This document shows, one piece after another, positions 8,768 to 15,978 of a DNA stretch of 64,000 nucleotides. A program made the translations under genes and the position numbers. The notes beneath the pieces are model-generated. The model saw nothing but the letters and a program-made list of their open reading frames with translations. It ran no database searches and was not told the origin of the DNA. Source of the stretch: Candidatus Uhrbacteria bacterium RIFOXYB12_FULL_58_10 (GTDB lineage Bacteria > Patescibacteriota > Patescibacteriia > UBA9934 > GWF2-40-263); assembly GCA_943354165.1 (NCBI GenBank), contig CALRBH010000001.1, positions 80,828-144,827 of the forward strand, written 5' to 3'. Position 1 is the first letter of the stretch. Each line of letters opens with the position of its first letter.

Positions 8768-9532
8768 ATGGTCATCATCCACCGAGCCACTCCGTTTGCG
8801 ATAGGGCTTGTGACCGCGCTGCTTTTTACCGCGGTGCTGTTGGGTTGGCTTCCGGTGGCTATCGGATTTCCATTGCTTCTTCTTCTGCCGTTCTTGCTGT
8901 TCTCGCGTTTATGCCAGTGGAGCGGGCGTACGTTTCAATTTTGGTATTTCGTGGGGACGCCCGTCGTGTTCCTCCTCTCCTCCATCGGATTCCTCCTGCT
9001 GCTTGAAGACTCCGTGAGCCGGTGGGCGCTTGCTGGGCTTGCGGCCTCGCTTCTATTTGTCTTTGGTGAATTGGTTTTCGTTTACTTACACCTGCCAGCT
9101 TCCTATCAGCCGTATTCCATCGAACATCTTTCCCTGCCGATGAACATCCTCTCGGTTTTTTTTCTTTCTGCGACGTTTTTCGGGACGAACCTGTTTTTGC
9201 AGCTCCCGCTCCCGCTCCTCTCCATCGCCTTCGCATTAGTGGTAATGTTCCTGGTGTTCGGGACGCTGTGGGTAAGTAAGGTGTCATTCACACAGGCGAT
9301 GCCCTATGCGCTTGCCGGCACCTTGCTCGCCACTCAGCTGTTCGCCGTGCTTACGTACCTGCCGACAGGGTATTATACGAATGCGGCGCTTCTCGCCTTA
9401 TACTTTTACCTCTTTTTAGGATGCACACGCGCCCAATCGCTCGCCCGGCTTTCCAAAGATGTGGTTAAGAGATATGTCATCTTCGGGGCGCTGCTCGGAG
9501 CGGTGATCTTAGGGAGCGCGCGCTGGATTTAA
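8768..9532 (+). CDS. hypothetical multi-pass membrane protein
   Basis: About 8 hydrophobic segments; 3-nt gap to upstream gene. Confidence 0.8.
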   Translation: MVIIHRATPFAIGLVTALLFTAVLLGWLPVAIGFPLLLLLPFLLFSRLCQWSGRTFQFWYFVGTPVVFLLSSIGFLLLLEDSVSRWALAGLAASLLFVFGELVFVYLHLPASYQPYSIEHLSLPMNILSVFFLSATFFGTNLFLQLPLPLLSIAFALVVMFLVFGTLWVSKVSFTQAMPYALAGTLLATQLFAVLTYLPTGYYTNAALLALYFYLFLGCTRAQSLARLSKDVVKRYVIFGALLGAVILGSARWI

Positions 9533-9539
9533 CCTTCAT

Positions 9540-10574
9540 ATGTCTACATCGTTTCGACCTCCCATCTCCTGGTTGCTGCTCTGTCTGTTCATTGGGGCCG
9601 CAAGTGGAATCACCGGCGTTTCCATCGCGGTGTATTCTTTTTCCAAGTATGCGCAAACCTTGGAGGAACTTTCTCTTCCGTTGCGGTTAGGGGATGAACG
9701 CCCGGCTCCCGTGACGGTGTCGAAAACGATCGACGCGCTCATGAGTTCGGTCTCCGGATCCGTTGTGCCGCTTTTTGTCTCTGATCGTGCGATGGACCGC
9801 GCGGATTCGGCGGTGGCTTCAGGTGTCGCCCTCACAAGTGATGGGTGGGTGCTGACGTCCGGGAGCGTGGAGGTGAGCCGCGGAAGGGCGTTCATAAAAA
9901 ATACCTCCTATGCCGTGGACCGCGTGGTGCGCGACCCGGCAACCGGATCGGCTTTTATTCATATTGCCGCCGATGGACTTCCGGTGGCGACATTCGGATC
10001 CGGCACTTCGCTGTCTCCTGGATCAGACGTCTATCTCGTTCCCGTGAGCGATCATCTTGTTCGCCGCACCTTGGTGGCCGTGGATCCTGGGGAGGCTTAC
10101 GATCACTCGTGGGACGTCTCCCAGAAACGATTAGTGTTAGATGCCGCCGCAAATGTTCCGCCTGGGACTCCCGTGTTTGATGCGGCAGGGAAGCTGGTCG
10201 GCATCATGGCGGATGCTGTTCGCGCGGTTCCGATCGACACGATTCTTCCCGCCCTCTCTTCCTTGCTTAAAGACGGATCAATTCACCGCATCGTTCTTGG
10301 GGTAAGTGGCACGGATCTTTCTCGGGCGGCGCCTGCAAGCGGATCTTCCGCACGTGCTGGCCTCAAGGTGAGCGCCGTACGGCCAGGTTCAGTCGCGGCT
10401 ATCGCTGGCGTGCGGGCAGGGGACATTATTCTTGAGGTCGATGGGGAGGCGGTTGGACGCCGTACGCTCGACGAGCTCATTCTAGGATTCGCCCCAGGGG
10501 CACGCGTGCCCGTTTCCGTTGAACGCCCAGACGGTTCCGTCGCGGATCTCGAGATGATCCTCACGGACAAATAA
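9540..10574 (+). CDS. HtrA-like trypsin-PDZ protein with degenerate catalytic motifs
   Basis: ASGVALTSDGWVLT, GTPVFDAAGKLVGI, PDZ segment PGSVAAIAGVRAGDIILEVDG. Confidence 0.85.
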   Translation: MSTSFRPPISWLLLCLFIGAASGITGVSIAVYSFSKYAQTLEELSLPLRLGDERPAPVTVSKTIDALMSSVSGSVVPLFVSDRAMDRADSAVASGVALTSDGWVLTSGSVEVSRGRAFIKNTSYAVDRVVRDPATGSAFIHIAADGLPVATFGSGTSLSPGSDVYLVPVSDHLVRRTLVAVDPGEAYDHSWDVSQKRLVLDAAANVPPGTPVFDAAGKLVGIMADAVRAVPIDTILPALSSLLKDGSIHRIVLGVSGTDLSRAAPASGSSARAGLKVSAVRPGSVAAIAGVRAGDIILEVDGEAVGRRTLDELILGFAPGARVPVSVERPDGSVADLEMILTDK

Positions 10575-10590
10575 GGTATACTGCCCCCAT

Positions 10591-11232
10591 ATGTCACAGC
10601 CTTCGTACGGAGTCGTGCTTGCGAACCGATGGAAATCGCTCGCGGCGTTTACTCTCCTCGGTCTCGTTCTCTCCTTGCTGGTTTCGTTTATCCAGCCGCT
10701 CAAGTATTCCTCGACCGTTCGGCTTCTGGTACGTCAGGACATCGGTTCCTCAGATGCCTACACAGCCAGTCGGAGTGAGGAACGCATCGCGGAAAACCTT
10801 ACGAACATTCTTTATACCACCACGTTTTTTGACGATGTCTTGAACGCCGGGTTCACCATCGATGAACGGACGTTTCCGGCCGAGGATTACAAGCGACGCA
10901 AGGAATGGGGAAGGACGGTTTCCGCCACGGTGGCGCGCGGATCCGGCCTCATGACCGTCGTGGCCTATCATCCGGATGTGAAGCAGGCCGAGCAGATTGC
11001 CCGCGCCGTGGCGTTTGTCTTCACTCAGAAGGCCAAGGACTACACCAGTGCGGCCGGGGTGGACGTGCGGTTGATCGATGCGCCGTTGAATTCCAATTGG
11101 CCGGTGAAGCCTAATTTGCTCGCAAATGGTTTGTCCGGTCTGGTCCTGGGCGGTCTGTTTGGGGTGGCCTACCTGCTATTGCAGGCAGAGCGGATTCGCC
11201 GCCGCCATCAATTGGTTCACGAGGAATTTTAA
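10591..11232 (+). CDS. Wzz/YveK-like polysaccharide co-polymerase
   Basis: N-terminal TM followed by PLKYSSTVRLLV; C-terminal PVKPN and Gly-rich TM. Confidence 0.85.
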   Translation: MSQPSYGVVLANRWKSLAAFTLLGLVLSLLVSFIQPLKYSSTVRLLVRQDIGSSDAYTASRSEERIAENLTNILYTTTFFDDVLNAGFTIDERTFPAEDYKRRKEWGRTVSATVARGSGLMTVVAYHPDVKQAEQIARAVAFVFTQKAKDYTSAAGVDVRLIDAPLNSNWPVKPNLLANGLSGLVLGGLFGVAYLLLQAERIRRRHQLVHEEF

Positions 11233-11308
11233 AAACCCTATTCCGTTAGAGAACGGTCTGATATCATAGCGCGCGTCCCATCCCGGGACGCGCGTTTTTG
11301 GAGGAATC

Positions 11309-11890
11309 ATGCAGCTGATCAATGTGTATCTAGCGATGCTGCTCGCGGCGGCTCCGGTCGCAGCGCAGTACACAGAACTCGCTCCGTTTCTTGGAGTGGG
11401 GACAAGTTTCGTCAGCGTCCCGTTTGAGACTCAGATTGGTGCGCCGGAATGGCAGACAGGTGAAAGGAGCTTTACCGGAGGTGTTACTTTTTCTACCGGA
11501 ATTGATCACACCTTTGGACGACTCGGAGTTCATCTTGATTTCGGACCGCGCGCTACGTTCTTTCCAGAAGAAGGGATGATGATGGGGGTTTTGGTCACCG
11601 GCTGCGTGGACGCGCTTTTCCGTCCGACCCACCATCTGCTGATCGGTCCATCCTTCTGTGTCGAAACCCACGAACCGCTTTGGTACGGTGGGGAAGCGCA
11701 ACGTACGATTTATGGAATGGGCGGGGTTGGGCTGGTCGTTCCGTTCCTGTTGGGCGATGAGACCGAACTGGCTCCTCACGTCTTTCTCGGTATTGCGCCC
11801 GTCTCAGGCGAAGATTCGATGCGTCTTGTTCCGTCCGTTCTGTTAGGGATAGATCTGGAGGTCTTGTTTTCACCGGCATTCCATCCGTAA
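11309..11890 (+). CDS. secreted hypothetical protein, beta-barrel-like
   Basis: GGAGGA SD (11300-11305); signal peptide ending PVAA; amphipathic Gly/aromatic-rich strands. Confidence 0.7.
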   Translation: MQLINVYLAMLLAAAPVAAQYTELAPFLGVGTSFVSVPFETQIGAPEWQTGERSFTGGVTFSTGIDHTFGRLGVHLDFGPRATFFPEEGMMMGVLVTGCVDALFRPTHHLLIGPSFCVETHEPLWYGGEAQRTIYGMGGVGLVVPFLLGDETELAPHVFLGIAPVSGEDSMRLVPSVLLGIDLEVLFSPAFHP

Positions 11891-11950
11891 GGCAAAGGCA
11901 ACCGTTGGAGGTCGTAGACCGCTCTTGGGGCGGTTTTATTCTATCTATAA

Positions 11951-12044
11951 GCAAAAAATCCACTGGGGCGGCTTGGCCTGGCAAGTCAGAGCGAGGAGGA
12001 GACGCCATGACCGCTGTACCAAGCCGACTCAACGGACTTTTGAT
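11951..12044 (-). ncRNA. candidate small RNA hairpin with UCUCCUCCU loop
   Basis: Minus-strand TTGACC(12079-12074)-17-TAGGGT promoter; long stem whose G.U pairs form only on the minus strand; ends in U6. Confidence 0.5.
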
Positions 12045-12103
12045 GTGCGAACCCTATCAACCTGGCTGTGCGGGGTCAAGAAATTCGTGGCTGTCATGGG
12101 GGA

Positions 12104-12132
12104 TTGACAAAACGGCCAGTTTCTGTTATATT
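12104..12132 (+). promoter_or_regulatory. sigma70-type promoter
   Basis: TTGACA-17 bp-TATATT with extended TG. Confidence 0.8.
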
Positions 12133-12445
12133 GCCGGGTCGATCGATCACTCAAATAGCCAATACATCACGCCAAACCGCGCGATTTCAGGCGGTTCGGC
12201 AGAGCACATAGCATCTCCTCCTTGCTATGGGCGCTGTCGGACCACTCGAGTTCACGCGGCCAGCGCGCAGACGCCCTTATCCACAGGGACCCTGCGCGCT
12301 GGTCACGTTGGACCCAATGGTCCTTACAAACGTGTCCTTACAGAGTACCAGCCGTAGGAAGAACGAGCCCAAGGCATTCCGCCAAAAAGCTCACCCTCTT
12401 CCGCGCGCTGTGCCGGAAGGAGAACAAATGCAACAGGAGAGTCCC

Positions 12446-13540
12446 ATGAAAACGAGCATCGTTTCCGTGTTCATCATCACTATGATCGGCTTCGCCTTCC
12501 CGGCCTTTGCGGACGTCTCGTCCACGGATGCCGGCGTCGCCGCGGCACCGGTCCTGTTCGATGAGATCCCCGACATGTGCCTCGCTGACTGCACGCAGGC
12601 CTATCAAACGGCCAACGACGCGTGCCTCAAGCAGTTCAACAACTGCGTGACCGAAGAGCAGGTCCGCGTGGACCCGCCCAAGGTCACTCCCGAGAAGTCC
12701 AAGAAGCCCAAGGCTCCGGAGGCCCCCAAGGCCTCGAAGCAAAAGGTGGAGAACTTCCGGGAGGCGCTCAAGGAACTCGAAAAGCGCACGGAGGACGGGT
12801 TCACCTCCAATGACGAGAAGCTCAAGAAGGTCAAAGAGACCATCAAGCTTCTCGACGATCGCGTCGGCAAGGTCGAAGACCGTGTCGGCAAGGTCGAAGA
12901 GGTCATCAAGAATCTTGTAGGTCGAGCCGACAAGGTCGGCGTCATGGGAATTATTGGGTTCGAAGCCTGCCTGGGCTCCACCCGCCAGGTGGACCTCACC
13001 GATCTGCGGCAGATCGATCAGAATGGGAATAACGTCGGCAACGACGGCACGCTCAAACTGCAAGATCCGGGCGCGGCATGCGTTCGTCCTGTGCTCGGGT
13101 TCGGTCTCCAAAACAAATACATGGTGCTGAAGATCTCGGGCAGCCCGTTTGGCGTCACCTTTGGCTCCGCGCAGGCGTCCAATGGAGATCCCTCGCAGGT
13201 CATCGGCTACGCTCCCAGCGTCGCCGGCGAGTTCCTGGGCTTCGTGACTCCCGACCTCGCGCTTGGAGTGTACGGCCAGTACATGTTCAACAAGGTTGGT
13301 GCACTGCCCAGTGGGAAAGCCTCGCTGGACGCGCAGACCTTCACAGGCGGCCTCGCGGCGGACTGGACCTTCCTGCGATTCGGATCGACGGCGCTCGCGC
13401 TCTCGGCTCGCGTCGGCGGCGGGTACGGTCATCTGTCGACTCGGCTCCCGACCGGCAAGGACAAGTGGTGGCCCGCGCTCGCGCTCGACGGCCAAGCCGG
13501 TGTGACCATGCGGTTCAACCCCTTCCAGGCCGCGGAATGA
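12446..13540 (+). CDS. secreted protein: Cys motif, coiled coil, C-terminal beta-barrel-like domain
   Basis: AGGAGA SD (alternative in-frame ATG at 12428 also has an SD); signal peptide ending PAFA; DRVGKVE tandem; amphipathic strands ending GVTMRFNPF. Confidence 0.8.
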   Translation: MKTSIVSVFIITMIGFAFPAFADVSSTDAGVAAAPVLFDEIPDMCLADCTQAYQTANDACLKQFNNCVTEEQVRVDPPKVTPEKSKKPKAPEAPKASKQKVENFREALKELEKRTEDGFTSNDEKLKKVKETIKLLDDRVGKVEDRVGKVEEVIKNLVGRADKVGVMGIIGFEACLGSTRQVDLTDLRQIDQNGNNVGNDGTLKLQDPGAACVRPVLGFGLQNKYMVLKISGSPFGVTFGSAQASNGDPSQVIGYAPSVAGEFLGFVTPDLALGVYGQYMFNKVGALPSGKASLDAQTFTGGLAADWTFLRFGSTALALSARVGGGYGHLSTRLPTGKDKWWPALALDGQAGVTMRFNPFQAAE

Positions 13541-13557
13541 AGTAGGACACGACTACG

Positions 13558-13601
13558 GTGTGGGGAGGGAGCAGGATTTAATCCTGTCTCTCTCCCCACA
13601 T
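13558..13601. terminator. long hairpin after the 12446 gene
   Basis: GTGTGGGGAGGGAG CAGGATT / AATCCTG TCTCTCTCCCCACAT; no clear U-tract. Confidence 0.5.
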
Positions 13602-13731
13602 TCTCTCTCTAAAGCCAGATACGTATGCGGACGAATTTTTCGCCCGCAGACGACCCCGGCTTTCCCGCCTCGTAGGAGGCAAGCCATCCGCCTCTCAAGA
13701 GGCTTGTCAGCAACCCCAGCAGGAGACAGAC

Positions 13732-14760
13732 ATGAACAACGTCAGCAAGTTCCTTTTCATCGCGGCCCTCGTGGCCATCACCTTCAACACGGTCGGCTGC
13801 GAGCCGGCCCAGGCGTCTGGCGCAAACGTCGTCGTGGACGGCGCCGCTGAATGCGAGAACAACGTCGATTGCACTGGCGATGAGGTCTGCACCGACGCAA
13901 CGTGCGTCGATCCCGACACCATCGAGTGCCGTCTCAACAGCGACTGCAACGACGACGACAAGGTCTGCACCGACGCGAAGTGCGTCGACAAGGACCCCCC
14001 GTCCAACGTCGGCTGCACGAACAACGACGGCTGCGAGTTCGACGAGGTGTGCACCAACGGCACCTGCGAAGAGCTCGATTGTGAAGTTGACGAGTGCGCG
14101 GCGGACCACGAGTGCGTGGACCTCCCGCCGGTCAGCGACTGCACGCTCAACAGCGCGTGCGGCGACGCCCAGCAGTGCACCAACGGCCAGTGCGTCAACA
14201 CGTCTTGTCCCTCGGGTCAGCACGCGGTGAACCACAATGAGTGCGTGAACGACACGCCCTCCGGCCAATGCACGCTGAACTCGCAATGCAGCAACGGCCA
14301 GGTGTGCACGAACGGTCAGTGCGTCGGCGGCAACCCGGTCAATCCCGGACCCACGCGCACGGAGCGGTTGTGCCAGAACGCCCCCTCGGGCAAGACGGTG
14401 AACGGTGACCTTACGGGTCGTTCGTTCGCCACCGACGGTGTCACGCTCTTGCAGAGCTCGTTCGCGAACGTCGCAGTGAATGCGGCGCGAACGCAGATCT
14501 GCGGTGACATCACGGTCCAGACCGGCGGGTTCCTTGAACACAACGTCACGTTCATCCCCACCGGCTTCACGGGATACGTGGCGTTCAACCAGAACTCGCA
14601 GAGCTGCCAGATCACGGCGGGTGCGTCATCGGCTCTCGGTGCGCGCTCCTTGTCCCCGGTCGCGATCCCGTGGCACTGTTCCGGACTGGGCTCGTGCAGC
14701 AACGCTGTGCCCGCAAGCAACGAAGGTTGCGATGCGCGCAGCAGCGTCCCGGCTCCTTAG
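13732..14760 (+). CDS. Cys-rich repeat lipoprotein (myxobacteria-like)
   Basis: AGGAGA SD; lipobox TVG-C; repeated C-x4-[D/A/Q]C-x4-C-x4-C modules. Confidence 0.85.
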   Translation: MNNVSKFLFIAALVAITFNTVGCEPAQASGANVVVDGAAECENNVDCTGDEVCTDATCVDPDTIECRLNSDCNDDDKVCTDAKCVDKDPPSNVGCTNNDGCEFDEVCTNGTCEELDCEVDECAADHECVDLPPVSDCTLNSACGDAQQCTNGQCVNTSCPSGQHAVNHNECVNDTPSGQCTLNSQCSNGQVCTNGQCVGGNPVNPGPTRTERLCQNAPSGKTVNGDLTGRSFATDGVTLLQSSFANVAVNAARTQICGDITVQTGGFLEHNVTFIPTGFTGYVAFNQNSQSCQITAGASSALGARSLSPVAIPWHCSGLGSCSNAVPASNEGCDARSSVPAP

Positions 14761-14776
14761 CTGGAAGTACGATACT

Positions 14777-14814
14777 AACCCCCATCACATCTGTGAGTGG
14801 GGGTTTCGTCTTTT
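14777..14814 (+). terminator. intrinsic terminator
   Basis: AACCCCCATCACA-TC-TGTGAGTGGGGGTT, then TCGTCTTTT. Confidence 0.65.
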
Positions 14815-14981
14815 CTGGAGCCGCATGTTCGATTGACAAAAGTCCTTTTTCTTGGTAGAAAAGAACGTTAGTATTTCACTAAGGATCGCGCGCTGATGTG
14901 GGTAGGGAATCCACACCAGGTCACGATCTTTAAACCCATACTTGTATCCTGCCGATCTGGGGCAGGGTACGGAGGTGATCC

Positions 14982-15758
14982 ATGCCGCGTTGGTTAAAAG
15001 CCTTGTTGCTGTCGTGTGTTCCGTTTGCCAAGTCCTGCAGCCTGCTCCTGCCCGCGACCGGATGCTCGCTCTGTGCCGTAGCATCCCAATGCTATGACGA
15101 CGTCGATTGCTCTCCGGGATCTGTGTGCGAGGAGGGGGCCTGTATTTCGAGCGGGACTACCATCGACGAGCCCGATGCCGGACCTGATCCTGGTGAAGGT
15201 GAAGGCGAGGGAGAGGGCGAAGGCGAGGGTGAAGGAGAGGGAGAAGGAGAAGGTGAGGGTGAAGGAGAACCTGATGAGGATGGGGATGGAAATCCCAATT
15301 CTACGGACCCTGCGGTGTTGCGTGATACGAATGCCAACACCAGACCAGATACTCTGTGTATCCTTTCGAGCCAGGTGATGCCGGAGCCGTGGGCAAATGA
15401 TGACGTGTTCCTTCAAATCCAGGGAGGCAGCTTCAATGATTTCGACACCATGACGCTTGGTGCAGAGATCCAAATTGAGCAGTTTGGCCCTGGACTTGGT
15501 TGGTGTCCGGACCTGAGTGGGTTCCCAGATGGAGATTATTTTATCCGGTTCGTGGCTGTTGAGGGGATCGATCAGACTTCTCTGCAGAGCGGATATGTGT
15601 GTTCCAGGGCTGTCATCAGCGACTTTGATGCGGCCTGTACTGGGGCAAATCCCGACCTTCTTTGCGGGTTCCTCTCGCGACAGGATAACTGCGGTGGATT
15701 CGTGGGAAATCTTATTCACGTAACCGTCACTGCAGCCTTTGGGGTGGAACCTGGCTAG
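14982..15758 (+). CDS. secreted Cys-containing protein with (Gly-Glu)n linker
   Basis: GGAGGTGA SD (14971-14978); upstream TTGACA at 14833; CYDDVDCSPGSVCEEGAC module; about 13 GE dipeptides. Confidence 0.8.
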   Translation: MPRWLKALLLSCVPFAKSCSLLLPATGCSLCAVASQCYDDVDCSPGSVCEEGACISSGTTIDEPDAGPDPGEGEGEGEGEGEGEGEGEGEGEGEGEPDEDGDGNPNSTDPAVLRDTNANTRPDTLCILSSQVMPEPWANDDVFLQIQGGSFNDFDTMTLGAEIQIEQFGPGLGWCPDLSGFPDGDYFIRFVAVEGIDQTSLQSGYVCSRAVISDFDAACTGANPDLLCGFLSRQDNCGGFVGNLIHVTVTAAFGVEPG

Positions 15759-15978
15759 ACAGCACGTTTCTCTAAGCGAGCCTTGACAATATCGGTAAAA
15801 TCCGGTAGAAATCAAGGTCCGTATTTTTCTTTATACCGTCCAATTTCGTGCTTTGTCTTCGGCATAGGAGGGTCGTGGACTGGGACATGAAACTTTCACA
15901 AGCGTGCTCGTACACGCATCCCCGTCCGCTACCAGTAGCGAGGAGACCAACCATGAAGCAGAGAAAGAGGAGGAGACC

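Noticed and set aside
11951-12044. SRP RNA or 6S RNA
   Set aside because: The SRP domain IV motif (CAGG..GNRA..AGCAG) is absent, and it is too short for 6S RNA with no central bubble.
11905-12357. ORF with AGGAGG before ATG 12007
   Set aside because: It runs across two promoter-like motifs and a hairpin-rich leader with no protein-like features; kept only as an alternative explanation for the anti-SD loop.
15192-15270. GAAGGN hexamer run as a phase-variable microsatellite
   Set aside because: Synonymous positions vary, so it is a protein-level (Gly-Glu)n linker.
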